Made by a program: the position numbers and the translations under genes. This document shows positions 39,753 through 50,285 of a DNA stretch of 64,000 bases, one piece after another; within the stretch, counting starts at the first letter, position 1, and every line of letters begins with the position of its first letter. The notes under the pieces are model-generated. The model saw only the letters and a program-made list of their open reading frames with translations, was not told where the DNA came from and made no database searches. Source of the DNA: Bdellovibrionota bacterium FG-1 (lineage in GTDB: Bacteria; Bdellovibrionota; UBA1018); contig JBBCAW010000012.1 of the NCBI GenBank assembly GCA_051382295.1, forward strand, positions 32,001 through 96,000, given 5' to 3'.

Positions 39753-40978
39753 TTGAGCAGATCCGCAGTGTTGGCTGGAAATAAGTCAAGGGGATCTAGG
39801 TCGTTTGTCGTGGCGGCGGAAGGTATGCTTTTCGAACAGTAATTCACGAGTTCGTTCTGATTCGGCGCCGGACAAGGCTGCAGCAGCATTTGCAGGCTCG
39901 CGCGATTCTTTTGAACCGAAAGTAAATCGGGATTGATTTTTGGATCGCTTAATTTGGTGCATACGTTGCGATTCGAGCTATTGGTCTGAGCGGCCTCGAT
40001 AAAGTATTCCGGGCAGGCGAGATTGCCGCGCAAGTTTGGATTATCATTCCATACATAGCTGTTTGGTGAGCAGACTTCGCAATTCGTCGTGTCGGTATAG
40101 TCAAGGTTTGCTCCCCATGAGTCGCTGTAGCCGGGGCGAAATGCGACAAACTCTAACGTGGCGTTGTACTTGACCTTAAGCAGGGCAGTCTTGCGCTCAA
40201 GTTCGGTTAGGTAGGTGTCTAATTTGCAAACTCTCTTTCCGATCGGACCGCTTGCAATGTAGTTTGGATGATTATTCACGTCTAACCGATAAGCGGCATA
40301 AAGGTCGTAAAGATAGAGCGTCGCCATGGTGTTCGCGTTGTAATCACCGAACCACCAGTCACAGCTGCCTTTACTAGTTGGGTCCGCGCATTTTCCCTCT
40401 CCGTCGTGCGATTTTCCATGGGCGTGAACGATCTCATGGACGTAAATTGCGGCACGCTCTGCGACGGTCTCGCCTCTCAATTTCTGCCCGGGAAGATTCG
40501 GATTTGGCATGTCGAATCCAAACAAGACGGACAATTTCACGGCGGGTATATAACCCGAAGTGCCGGTTTTTGCGACAAAAGTCATATCGCAGGTGGGCGT
40601 ATAGCCCTCAGTGGACTCTTCCTTTACGTAATCAAAGGCGGTGAGTACCTTGGGGTCCGTGTTTGTGTGCCAAACATGCGCATGTTGGAAGTCATACAAT
40701 AGATATGCGCCGTTCATGGCACGCGTGAGGAGATAGTTGTTGTCCCAAGGGTTGTCAGCTCCCCAGCCATGGTGCCAGTCGCCCTTTCCGAAATTGAAAC
40801 TGCTCCACAGGTTGGTTATCATGGCTTGGTTATAGGTCCATTTGGGCGTATACAATGACTCAAAGCTACCGGATTGGGCATTCAGGTCGATTTGACAGGT
40901 ATCCGCGCGACCTGTTTCAGCAGCGAGAACACCCATGCAAAACAGGATGCAGATGAAAGTGGGGAGCTGACGCAACAT
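39674..40978 (-). CDS. Secreted Cys-rich protein with HExxH zinc-metallopeptidase motif, probably 3'-truncated
   Basis: Signal peptide, IYVHEIVHAHG, many Cys; last codons run into the transposase fragment. Confidence 0.65.
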   Translation of the reverse strand: MLRQLPTFICILFCMGVLAAETGRADTCQIDLNAQSGSFESLYTPKWTYNQAMITNLWSSFNFGKGDWHHGWGADNPWDNNYLLTRAMNGAYLLYDFQHAHVWHTNTDPKVLTAFDYVKEESTEGYTPTCDMTFVAKTGTSGYIPAVKLSVLFGFDMPNPNLPGQKLRGETVAERAAIYVHEIVHAHGKSHDGEGKCADPTSKGSCDWWFGDYNANTMATLYLYDLYAAYRLDVNNHPNYIASGPIGKRVCKLDTYLTELERKTALLKVKYNATLEFVAFRPGYSDSWGANLDYTDTTNCEVCSPNSYVWNDNPNLRGNLACPEYFIEAAQTNSSNRNVCTKLSDPKINPDLLSVQKNRASLQMLLQPCPAPNQNELVNYCSKSIPSAATTNDLDPLDLFPANTADLLNCQEDFCASLPAASRSSSRVPKRAPH

Positions 40979-41846
40979 AGTGTGTCCCTTCTACTGATAC
41001 AGAAGATACAATTCGTTTTCCGGCAGATACTTGCTCATCACGGTTGCGGATGAGGCGATAGTTATATGCAATCGCACCTCTCCGGACGCCCGGATCCGGG
41101 TTGCTCACCGATTGAAGGACTATCTGTCTTGCAGCAATCATTGCCTCGGTGGGCTTGCTTGGTCCCGACCGGTTGGGGTTTCTCGTGGCAATCATGAAAA
41201 GATCATTTATAGCATTGGTTTTTTTGAGGGCGATTACGTCAACACGGCCGCAATTTTGGGTTTCGGACTCACTTTTGGAATCCGAAGGCGATGCGGCACT
41301 CACTGGCTCGTTGAGTACATTTGCAAGGTAGTTCACCGCCTTGATGTTCCCTACCTCGGCAAGAACGGAAGTAAGGGCGACATGGCGAATGTATTCACTA
41401 TTTATGGGGTTATTGAGCTCAGAGATTACTGTTTCGGTGGCTTTGTCGCTGTTCTCGCTGATGAGCAAATAAGTCCTGCTCTTTTCCAATTCAGTCAGAT
41501 CACCTGGCGTCGGATGTTTGAAGAGCCCCTCGTAAAGCGCGGCAAGTGCCTTGTCGCCGGGCTCATCATTTTTTTGAAATGACATGGTTGGCACCGAGGA
41601 ATTCTCTCCTGCCTCGCTGGCTGTCTTGGCAAGAAAAAAAGGCCTCTCGCTGTCAGGTGCCAGCTCAGCCGGAGTGAGCGAAATGACTTTTTCTCAGGAG
41701 ACGAAAAGCTCCGTTCGCTCAGAGGTGTTGCTCGGCGACAGGAATGATGAGAGTTTTTGATGAGTCGTTAATGCCAAATGGAGAGACGCCACAAGAAGGG
41801 TCGTTGCAACGATGCCGGTCAGGACGATTTTAGAAACTTTCCGCAT
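40917..41846 (-). pseudogene. Membrane-anchored HEAT-like helical protein interrupted by an in-frame TGA
   Basis: ATG 41846 (MRKVSKIVLTGIVATTLLV...) is in frame with ORF 40917-41594; single TGA at 41694-41696. Confidence 0.6.
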
Positions 41847-41983
41847 GGGATTACCCATCCTTCCCCCTGTGTGTCAGCTCAGACCCTCGTGTTTTCTGCA
41901 GATCGGAGCCACATCTTATTGTTGACTGGAAAAGTCAAGAAGTCAACGGCGCGTTGATGCTCCCCTGATCAGTGGGAACCCGA

Positions 41984-43018
41984 TTAAAGACGGAGTCCCA
42001 GACTCAGGCCGAACCATTCGCCTGAAAGCGTAGCGTCTCCGCCTAACCGAATGATTTTTGTGGTCATGCTGCCAAAGAGATGGGGGGTCAATCCTACGTT
42101 CAGCGTAAGCGTTCCGCGAAACCCATTTAACGAAATAGGCACGGCACCGACAGCATCTGACGAGGATTTTATAAGAGGCGAATACGAGATTCCAGCCTTC
42201 GTCTCGACCCATTGCCCACCCAAGGTTGTCGTAAAAACTCCCCCCAGTTCGGGCCAAAATGCAGTGGTGCTGCGCACTTGATAGGCCACCACGGTTTGCG
42301 AAATGCTCACCGTCGCTTGTACAAATTTTTCGACCTCAACAAGGGCATACGGCGAAAACACCCCGTCAGCCGCATAAGTCACGTGCGCCCCCACGGCCCA
42401 GGTCATTGGAAAACTGACGTCATCGAGCGCCGCCACGCGAGCGAGCGCGAATTGCCCCCCGGGCCGCCAAGAGGAAGCTTCGTTAAATCTTTCGATTTCG
42501 AATGCAAAAGAGGGCAGAGTCCACAGCCCCCCTGTTTCGGTGACGGCATCGGCGACGGTCTCGCTTAAATGAGCGCGTTCGGCCCCCATCCTAAAACGGG
42601 TGTGAAAGTACGCCTGGGTATTGTCTATCGATACCTCTACTGTGGGCGTAGGCGTGGGTATCGGCAGAGGCGCCGGCGTTGGCAGAACCTCCGGGGGTGG
42701 TATGACAACTGGGCTCTCGAGTTTAGGAATAACCGGCAGCTCTAATTTCAGAGTGGTACCCGGGCGGAGGTGGCGCCAATTTTTTACTTTTGGATTGAGT
42801 TTCTGGTTGCGCGCGACCAGACCCTTTTCACCATAAAGTCGAATAGCAGGGTTATTGACTTTCTTCTCCAGCACTTCCGAAAGAGTATCCGTCTCCGTCA
42901 CTTCGTATGGCTCAACCTGATATTCAAAGGCCAATGCGGACGCAGCCACCGCACCCACCGCGACGAACACGACGATAGGCCAAAGAGCAATCCATTTTCG
43001 ACGAAACTGATTCTTCAC
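41984..43018 (-). CDS. Secreted protein with LysM-like N-terminus, Pro linker and beta-barrel-like C-terminus
   Basis: Signal peptide; YEVTETDTLSEVL...LNP...LRPGTTLKL LysM-like; PTPAP linker; terminal GLSLGLRL strand. Confidence 0.6.
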   Translation of the reverse strand: MKNQFRRKWIALWPIVVFVAVGAVAASALAFEYQVEPYEVTETDTLSEVLEKKVNNPAIRLYGEKGLVARNQKLNPKVKNWRHLRPGTTLKLELPVIPKLESPVVIPPPEVLPTPAPLPIPTPTPTVEVSIDNTQAYFHTRFRMGAERAHLSETVADAVTETGGLWTLPSFAFEIERFNEASSWRPGGQFALARVAALDDVSFPMTWAVGAHVTYAADGVFSPYALVEVEKFVQATVSISQTVVAYQVRSTTAFWPELGGVFTTTLGGQWVETKAGISYSPLIKSSSDAVGAVPISLNGFRGTLTLNVGLTPHLFGSMTTKIIRLGGDATLSGEWFGLSLGLRL

Positions 43019-43020
43019 TA

Positions 43021-43479
43021 TTAAGGTTCTTCCGACTCGCCATCTTTTTTGCCCCTTTCGGAAGGGGTGACTGGATGCTCCTCGACCGGAGGTGTCTCTG
43101 CGGATTCTGCCTCGACGGTATTGTGCTGAAGGCGGCGGATCGTTTCGTCCGCTTTTCTGAGTCGTTCGGATACCGAGGCCATGATGGTTTTGAGGTAGTC
43201 CGGCACGGTTTTATAGATCTTGTCGAGGGATTCAAACGTGATTTCTTGGACATCCGTGGGAGAGGTGGCGATCGCGGCGGCACTTCGAGGTTGGCGGTCA
43301 AAAAACGAAAGCTCGCCTACAACTTCATTCGTGTAGGCGCGGGCTAGCTCCACAAAGGCAGACCCTTTAGCCTTCCGAATGGCGATCGTGCCTTTTTTAA
43401 TCAGGTACATGCTGTGGGATGCATCTCCCTCATGAAACAGGTATTCGCCGGATTTCAAGGAGCGGATGGGAGATGACAT
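43021..43479 (-). CDS. Cyclic nucleotide-binding (Crp/Fnr-type cNMP) domain protein
   Basis: LFHEGDASHSMYLIKKG, VVGELSFFDRQPRSAAA; no HTH evident. Confidence 0.88.
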   Translation of the reverse strand: MSSPIRSLKSGEYLFHEGDASHSMYLIKKGTIAIRKAKGSAFVELARAYTNEVVGELSFFDRQPRSAAAIATSPTDVQEITFESLDKIYKTVPDYLKTIMASVSERLRKADETIRRLQHNTVEAESAETPPVEEHPVTPSERGKKDGESEEP

Positions 43480-43531
43480 ACCTTCTATGGTGCCAGGGGT
43501 TCGTCGGATTGGAAAGGTCAGAATGTTGACG

Positions 43532-44056
43532 TTAAATGTGCCTCCGATAGGCACGAAGCAATAGTCCCGCTCCCAGGACTTCCGAAATCAGCGAGATCGG
43601 ATTCAAGGAAGCCCGCGCGTGCTCTCCAATGTCGACAAAGGGGGCCGCTGAAAATCGCGCTTGATAAAAAGGGAAGGCGAGCGCAATGAGGGCTGAGCTT
43701 TCTTGGGGGCGTTCGGTGATGGGGCCAATGCACATGGCCAAGCCATCGGCGAGTACGTCCAAAGCAAGGTGAGAAGCCAGTCCCCATGAAATCGCCTTAA
43801 GGACCGTGGACTGACGAAAAATTCCGGCAGCGATGACCAGCAAAAGCACGATGCCGCTATGGCCAAACGTGCGCGTACAGCTGATCAAGCCTAAATCTGT
43901 TCCAGATAATCCTCGGGACCAAGAAAGGCCGTAATACAGGGGCTTGTCGATGAGATCAGGTAAAATGGCTCCAAAGATCACCCAGGATTGGCGAAGGTGA
44001 CGCGTGGCTGGAGTGACTAGCCATGACCCCACGCCCATGTGGCCGAGTGGGAGCAT
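43532..44056 (-). CDS. Membrane-bound metal-dependent hydrolase (YdjM-like)
   Basis: GH near N-terminus, LPDLIDKP, RTFGHS, SHLALD motifs. Confidence 0.75.
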   Translation of the reverse strand: MLPLGHMGVGSWLVTPATRHLRQSWVIFGAILPDLIDKPLYYGLSWSRGLSGTDLGLISCTRTFGHSGIVLLLVIAAGIFRQSTVLKAISWGLASHLALDVLADGLAMCIGPITERPQESSALIALAFPFYQARFSAAPFVDIGEHARASLNPISLISEVLGAGLLLRAYRRHI

Positions 44057-44057
44057 G

Positions 44058-45110
44058 CTAGGAGCGCCCCGTACTCAAAACCACTTTACCAAAGGCTTGG
44101 CGTGTTTCAAGGTATTGGTGGGCCTCGGCAATTTGATCCAAATCATATACCGAATCGACGACCGCTTTCAGTTTTCCTCGCGAAACAAGCTCAATGATCT
44201 TCAATAAATCGGCTTTGCTTCCCATCGTGGAGCCAACAATCGAGATATTTTTGAAAAAGATTCCTTTGAGATCGACCTCAATCTGGGAACCCGAGGTAGC
44301 GCCACAAGTCACTAGGCGGCCTCCCCAGCTGAGCGATTTGATACTGTCTGTAAAGGTCTCTTTACCGACGTGATCGATGACAACGTCACAGCCTTTTTTC
44401 CCTAAGGCGCTGAGAATCGATTTGAGTTCCTGTCGAAAAGGCTTTTCTCGGTACAAAATCACGTGATCAGCGCCGAGGGCGCGAGCTTTTTGAGCCTTTT
44501 CGGCGTTACCCACAGTTGTGATCACGGTGGCGCCAACCAGCTTGGCCATTTGAATCGCGGCAACAGAGACGCCGCTTCCTCCCGCTTGAATCAGGCAAAC
44601 CTCACCGGGCTTGAGTCGGGCTTTTTCGAAAAGCATGGTCCATGCTGTGAGATAGGGGATCGGGAGTGCTGCTGCGTCGATTGCGCTTAGGCCCATTGGT
44701 CGAGCAATGACGTTTGCCGCTGGTACCACGATCATGTCAGCGCAACCGCCATCTCGAGTTTCGCCCAAAATCCCGTATTGTAGACAAAGCGGATCAAAGC
44801 CGCCAAGACAGGCTACACAATGGCCGCAGGAAATTCCGGGATTGAGAACCACTGGCGAACCTTCGATCAAAGGCTCGGTTTTGGCACCCGGTCCAAAAGC
44901 CGCAATGGTACCAGCGACATCACAACCTGGGGTCAAGGGAAGTGGAAAGCGATGTCCTTCAACGCCTTTTCTGACCCACAGATCCAAATGGTTGAGACCC
45001 ACGGCCTCCACATGGACGAGCACTTCCATGGGGCCGGGCACGGGCGTGGCAATGTCCCTGGATACAAGAGTGTCCAAACCACCGTGTTTTTCAATCCGCC
45101 AGGCACGCAT
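44058..45110 (-). CDS. Zinc-binding alcohol dehydrogenase / quinone oxidoreductase (MDR family)
   Basis: LNHLDLW, PGCDVAG, CGHCVAC..C structural zinc site, AGGSGVS, GKVVL. Confidence 0.9.
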   Translation of the reverse strand: MRAWRIEKHGGLDTLVSRDIATPVPGPMEVLVHVEAVGLNHLDLWVRKGVEGHRFPLPLTPGCDVAGTIAAFGPGAKTEPLIEGSPVVLNPGISCGHCVACLGGFDPLCLQYGILGETRDGGCADMIVVPAANVIARPMGLSAIDAAALPIPYLTAWTMLFEKARLKPGEVCLIQAGGSGVSVAAIQMAKLVGATVITTVGNAEKAQKARALGADHVILYREKPFRQELKSILSALGKKGCDVVIDHVGKETFTDSIKSLSWGGRLVTCGATSGSQIEVDLKGIFFKNISIVGSTMGSKADLLKIIELVSRGKLKAVVDSVYDLDQIAEAHQYLETRQAFGKVVLSTGRS

Positions 45111-46035
45111 GCGCCACCGTTTTTGCGATGGCTTGAGCAGAAATGCCATGCTTGTCGTAGAGTTCAGCCGCTTCTCCGCTTTCGCCAAAGGTGTCTTGAA
45201 TTCCTAATTTCAGCAGCCGGGCTTGGGCCTTTCCCGTTGAAGCTAAGGCTTCAGCAATGCAACTGCCGAGTCCGCCAATGACGGAGTGATCTTCTATTGA
45301 GACCATCAGCTTTGCCTTACCGGCCAATTCAAGCGTGGTTCGATCATCAAAGGGTTTGAGTGAATGAGCATTCCACACAGCCATCCGAATGCCCTTGGCA
45401 GCCAGAATTTTTGCCGCACCCACGGCTTCAGCGACCGTGGCTCCCGAGGCAATCGCAATGACCTCGGGGTTGGGTGCTGAGAGGATTTCCATGAGTTTGC
45501 CGGGCCGAAAGGGCGCCCCCGAGGGATAAAGGTCTGGAAGGTTTTGGCGAGTCAGCCGAATATAGGCCGGTCCCTTCCATTCATTGACTAAGTAATCCAT
45601 TAAAAGCTGAGTTTCGCGGCCATCCATGGGCTGAAAAACACCCATCGTGGGAAGCGAGCGCATCAGCGAAAGGTCCTCGAGTCCCATTTGGCTGTGGCCA
45701 TCATCACCGATTCCGATGCCGGCGTGGGTGCCGACCAGGCGAACATTGGCCTGCGCATAAGCTACACTGAGCCGGATAGTATCGTAACGGCCCGTGAGAA
45801 ATGCGCCAAAACTGCAGAGGAAGGGGAGTTTTCCTGTAAAAGCGAGTCCGGCGGCGGTTCCGATCATATTGGCTTCGGTAATGCCCATTTCAAAAAATCG
45901 AGCCGGATATTTCTTGGCAAAAATTTCTGACTTAGTGGATTTGGCAAGATCGGCGTCTAGGACCACAATTTCGGGGTGATTTTCGCCGAGTTGAGCAAGG
46001 GCTTCACCGAAGGCTTGGCGTGTCGATTGAGACAT
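45091..46035 (-). CDS. Transketolase C-terminal subunit
   Basis: LDADLAKST, GITEANMIG, GDDGHSQMGLED, EDHSVIGGLG. Confidence 0.92.
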   Translation of the reverse strand: MSQSTRQAFGEALAQLGENHPEIVVLDADLAKSTKSEIFAKKYPARFFEMGITEANMIGTAAGLAFTGKLPFLCSFGAFLTGRYDTIRLSVAYAQANVRLVGTHAGIGIGDDGHSQMGLEDLSLMRSLPTMGVFQPMDGRETQLLMDYLVNEWKGPAYIRLTRQNLPDLYPSGAPFRPGKLMEILSAPNPEVIAIASGATVAEAVGAAKILAAKGIRMAVWNAHSLKPFDDRTTLELAGKAKLMVSIEDHSVIGGLGSCIAEALASTGKAQARLLKLGIQDTFGESGEAAELYDKHGISAQAIAKTVAHACLAD

Positions 46036-46041
46036 AAAAAA

Positions 46042-46893
46042 TTACTCCTGACCTTGAGAAAGGGTTTTCAAAATTTCAGCTTTGGCGCGAGCGGCTTCTT
46101 CAGCTTTAGGTGCTACCCCGTGCCATTCGATCTTGTTCTCCATAAAGGAGACGCCTTTGCCTTTGATTGTTTTTGCGAGAATAAAGACTGGTTTTTTGGA
46201 TCCACCGTCCCGAAGTTTACGGGCTTGCGCATAGGCTTGGGTAATTTCATCCATATTGTGGCCGTCGATTTTAATGACTTCCCAATTAAAGGTGCGCCAT
46301 TTGTCCGCAATGGGCTCAAGCGGCATGACTTTTTCAACGGGGCCGTCAATCTGTCCGCCGTTGTTATCCAAAATGACGACGAGGTTGGAAAGCTCAAATT
46401 TGGGGGCCGACAGGGCGCATTCCCAGATTTGGCCTTCTTGCATTTCACCGTCGCCGATCATGCAGAAGACCATCGATTTTTTGCCGTCCATTCGCAGTCC
46501 AAGTGCAAGGCCTTGGGCGACCGACATTCCTTGCCCCAGGGAACCCGTCGAGGCTTCTACAATAGGTAAGCGCACGCGGTCGGGGTGTCCCTGAAGGAGG
46601 GCCCCAGTTCTTCGGAGTTTGTGAAGTTCTTCGACGGGAAAGAACCCTTTTTTAGCGAGTGCGACATAAAGGGCGGGAGCAGCATGTCCTTTGGAGAGGA
46701 CAAAACGATCACGATCTGGCGCCAAAGCATTGGCGTTTTCTACGCCGCGCATTTCGTGAAACCAAAGTGCCGTAATCAAATCGATGGCGGAAAGGCTCCC
46801 ACCCGGGTGTCCCGATTTGGCTTCGGTAATCATATCAATGATCCAGGTGCGAAGTTCTGCGGCAATACCTATGAGCGGGGTTGGGTTGGCCAT
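46042..46893 (-). CDS. Transketolase N-terminal subunit
   Basis: SGHPGGSLS, DRFVLSKGHA, STGSLGQG, GDGEMQEGQIWE TPP motif. Confidence 0.94.
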   Translation of the reverse strand: MANPTPLIGIAAELRTWIIDMITEAKSGHPGGSLSAIDLITALWFHEMRGVENANALAPDRDRFVLSKGHAAPALYVALAKKGFFPVEELHKLRRTGALLQGHPDRVRLPIVEASTGSLGQGMSVAQGLALGLRMDGKKSMVFCMIGDGEMQEGQIWECALSAPKFELSNLVVILDNNGGQIDGPVEKVMPLEPIADKWRTFNWEVIKIDGHNMDEITQAYAQARKLRDGGSKKPVFILAKTIKGKGVSFMENKIEWHGVAPKAEEAARAKAEILKTLSQGQE

Positions 46894-47001
46894 GAAAGTC
46901 TCCTTGGCGCACTCTACCAATGACTGCCCCAAGGTAAAAGCGATCTTTTGAGAGCTACGCATTGCATCTTTCCCGTAATTCTTGATACAATTTGTCTCAT
47001 T

Positions 47002-48378
47002 ATGTCGCGGAAATGGTGGGTCCTCGCGGCCGTGGCCTGTGGCACTTTCATGGCTACCTTGGACTCCAGCATCGTCAATATTGCCCTTCCCACTCTGACC
47101 AAAGAGTTAGGTCCCGATCTCCCCCGAGTGAAATGGGTGATCGTCATTTATCTCCTTTTGCTGACTTGTTTACTTCTTCCTTTTGGGCGCCTTTCGGACG
47201 AATTTGGCCGTAAAAAGGTGTTTCAGCTCGGTTTCTTAACTTTTGTGGCCGGTTCGGTTTGTGGGGGTTTCTCCCCAACGCTGGGATGGTTGGTTTTTTC
47301 CAGAATGATTCAGGCGGTGGGTGCCGCCATGCTGATGGCCAATGGTCCCGCTATTATTACAGCGACGTTCCCTTCGACTGAAAGAGGAGGCGCATTAGGA
47401 ACTCTTGCGATGGTCGTGAGCGTCGGTTTGCTATCAGGACCTGGTGCAGGGGGTTTTTTGATCTCCCATTTTGGTTGGCGCAGCATTTTTTTTGTGAACA
47501 TCCCGATTGGTTTGTTGGGCGCTTTTTTGGTTCAATATCACGTGTCTTACGATTCTAAAATTCGCATGCGCGCCCCTTTTGATTGGGCCGGGGCTGTTTT
47601 ACAGACACTCTTATTACTTTTCTTTATCATTATTTTCGCTCCTCCCAGTATTTCAATTTCGGGTGGGCTTCCCTTTACCGTTTCGCGCTTTTGGGTGGCG
47701 GTGGTGACGTTATTGATTGGTGTGGCTTTTATCAAAGTCGAGGCGAATGTCCAGGCACCTCTTTTTGACCTGTCTTTACTCAAAATCCGCACGTTTTGGA
47801 CCGCAAATTTAGCGGGGTTTTTGACGGTCGTGGCTTTTTCGTCGGTTTCGGTACTGATGCCGTTTTTTTTGGAAGGCGTGATGAAGTATCACACCCACCA
47901 GGCCGGTTTGTTTATGACCGCCATGCCTGTTGCGATTTTGATCATTGCGCCGATCGCCGGACGTCTTTCCGATCGTTTTGGGAGTCATGAACTGAGTTTT
48001 ATGGGAACCCTGATTGGTGCGGTGGGTCTGTTCGGGATGGCGGGGCTATTCGGGGCTGGATTGCATGGAGAAGTGGCCGGTTTTTGGATCGTGCTGGGTT
48101 TGCTCTCTATTGGCATCGCCACAGGGTTGTTTCAGTCTCCTAATAATAACGCCATCATGGGTGCGGTCCCCTATGAAAAGCTCAGTGTCGCGTCGGCGGT
48201 GTTAGCGACGGTGAGAAATTTGGGTTTAGTGACCGGCACGGGGTTGGCCACAACGTTGTTTACCTTGCGGTTCGAATTGACCAAGGACTTTGTGGATTCA
48301 TTGCATCTGACCTTTCGGGTAGCGGGGGTTCTGGCATTGGGGGCCATGGTAGCGGCTTTGAGTAAGCGGAGAGGTTGA
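47002..48378 (+). CDS. MFS transporter, DHA2 (EmrB/QacA-like)
   Basis: LDSSIVNIALP, GRLSDEFGRKK, WRSIFFVNIPIG; about 14 TMs. Confidence 0.92.
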   Translation: MSRKWWVLAAVACGTFMATLDSSIVNIALPTLTKELGPDLPRVKWVIVIYLLLLTCLLLPFGRLSDEFGRKKVFQLGFLTFVAGSVCGGFSPTLGWLVFSRMIQAVGAAMLMANGPAIITATFPSTERGGALGTLAMVVSVGLLSGPGAGGFLISHFGWRSIFFVNIPIGLLGAFLVQYHVSYDSKIRMRAPFDWAGAVLQTLLLLFFIIIFAPPSISISGGLPFTVSRFWVAVVTLLIGVAFIKVEANVQAPLFDLSLLKIRTFWTANLAGFLTVVAFSSVSVLMPFFLEGVMKYHTHQAGLFMTAMPVAILIIAPIAGRLSDRFGSHELSFMGTLIGAVGLFGMAGLFGAGLHGEVAGFWIVLGLLSIGIATGLFQSPNNNAIMGAVPYEKLSVASAVLATVRNLGLVTGTGLATTLFTLRFELTKDFVDSLHLTFRVAGVLALGAMVAALSKRRG

Positions 48379-48379
48379 G

Positions 48380-49357
48380 ATGGCGTGGAAAAAGAAGGAA
48401 AAACTCATCAGCCGTGAGGAGGCGGTGGCCGCGGCCAAAAAAGAATTTGCGCCGTATTGGGTCGGGTCTGAGCCGCTCGTGGCCGGAGTCGTGACGCCTG
48501 AGGGGGGGGTGAGTGTTCATCCGCTGGACCTGACTTTTGAAAAGAGTGCTTGGATCTTTATACTGGTCGATTTAACGACTTTTTCCGGCGAGTCCGCTTT
48601 AGATATCGCGCGGGACTGGCATCGGCGCTATTCAGGTTACAGCGTTAATTTTGTTTTGATCACTCGTTCGACTTACAAATTTTTAGATACCATTGCGACT
48701 TTTCAGCCGATGTTCAAAAAACATGGGTTGATTTTTCCGGCAGTATTGGATCACGAGGGGCTTTTGTATCGTGCTTTCAATGCTTCTCCCGCCATTCCCA
48801 AAGTTGTTCTTCATGCTAAAGGTAAAATTATTTTTGAAAAAGTTGGACCTCAATGGTTTGAAGGTGCTGAAAGTCTGCTTCAACATTATTTGCGGGAGTC
48901 GGATCCGGGCTTGCCGTTTAACCTGCCTTTTGAGGGAACCCATGAATTGCCGGCTGATCAACTTCGAGTGGAGCTGGGTCGCTCCACTCGCCCCAAAGGT
49001 TTGGCTTTTGGTGGAAAATGGACCCAAGAGCAGGACTGTATCGTCGCTCGCGATGGCACAGCCGTGATGCGGTTTAAGAGTCCCTCCGCTCGGATCTCGT
49101 TCGTAGCGGAGCGTCTTTCGACGGAAGACCGGCGTTCGCGAATTAAGATCGAGGCCAATCGGGATTCGGCTTTCGAGGCGATCTCCGGTGCGGATTTGAC
49201 GATGGCCGAAGATGGTTCGTCTGAGCTCAAGGTGGCTGGACCCATGATTTATCACGCGCTCGTGAACCTGCCGGAGCGTTTGCGGGAAATAACTCTTAAA
49301 TTTCCCGATGCCGAGCGGTTTCCTGTAGCGCTTTATGGGATCAGGTTAGGTTCTTAA
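48380..49357 (+). CDS. DipZ-like thioredoxin-fold protein lacking CxxC
   Basis: FILVDLTTFSGE..RDWHRRY, FPAVLD and a C-terminal GKW..QD.I beta domain resemble DipZ soluble domains. Confidence 0.5.
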   Translation: MAWKKKEKLISREEAVAAAKKEFAPYWVGSEPLVAGVVTPEGGVSVHPLDLTFEKSAWIFILVDLTTFSGESALDIARDWHRRYSGYSVNFVLITRSTYKFLDTIATFQPMFKKHGLIFPAVLDHEGLLYRAFNASPAIPKVVLHAKGKIIFEKVGPQWFEGAESLLQHYLRESDPGLPFNLPFEGTHELPADQLRVELGRSTRPKGLAFGGKWTQEQDCIVARDGTAVMRFKSPSARISFVAERLSTEDRRSRIKIEANRDSAFEAISGADLTMAEDGSSELKVAGPMIYHALVNLPERLREITLKFPDAERFPVALYGIRLGS

Positions 49358-50285
49358 GAACTTTTGCTACGGAGTCTCGCGGTTTTTTTGGCAGTCCTGC
49401 TTCGTCGGCAAATTTGCAGAACTGGCCAATAGCATCCCGCACTTCATCGATGATTTGAGGTGAATGTTTTAATCCGACCTCTAGCGCGAGGGTTTTTAGA
49501 TGGTCTCGAGTAGGATTGCGTCCTTCGCCTGCAACCAGCATCATATGTTCCCCGCCCGGCCCTGTTGAGTAGGTCAAATCGTAGGCGGGACTAGGGTGCC
49601 AAATCCCTTTTTCATTCATGAGAAATGCAAAATTTCGAGCATGATCATCGCGGTTTCTGCTGAAAACATTGAAACAGGCACGTCGAAACATTTCTGAAAC
49701 GTCAGCTTCATTTCGAGTCAGCTTGCGAGTCACTAATAAAAGTTCGCGATAGCCAAGAGCAGGGTAGGTGTGCCCCTTGAGGGGATCCACCGAGGGCAAT
49801 CAAATGGTCGAGGTCCTGACCCTCCACCTGATCTAGAACCATTTGGATCTCTGAAGCGACCTCGTCGAGATCAACGACTGAGGGCTGGTCTTGTTCGAAT
49901 TCTGGCTCATAAGTGAGAGCGCCCATTCCGTGCGACCCAACGTAGGCTAGACGATCCAGGGGCCCCAAAGATCCCGACGGAGGCGCCCGGCCCTTGCGAT
50001 TCGTCGTTCCAGCAACAAACGCCCCCAGCCGTCTGGCAGGCTGTCTTCGAAAACCCCCATTAAGCCCTGAAAAATAGCTGGATCACCGACCTTCACCCCG
50101 GAAGCAAGAGGTAGATTGAACGGCGAAAGTTCGAGGCCACGGTTTATAAAATCGGCGTCGTATTCGAAGAGAATTTCTCGATTTTTTTGTGCGAGCCTTC
50201 CAACTTTTTGCTGAACTCCTTCTTGGAGTTCTAAAAAGACTGTAAGGAGTTGGATAGGTGCGCGGTTTTTTTTGAGTATCATCAT
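49341..50285 (-). pseudogene. hipA: hipA toxin pseudogene (frameshift plus internal deletion)
   Basis: Three frames give the HipA N-domain (FEDSLPDGWG), LDRLAYVGSHGMGAL...GGSPQGA and C-terminal NRDDHARNF...SPAYDL; the central kinase region is missing. Confidence 0.88.
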
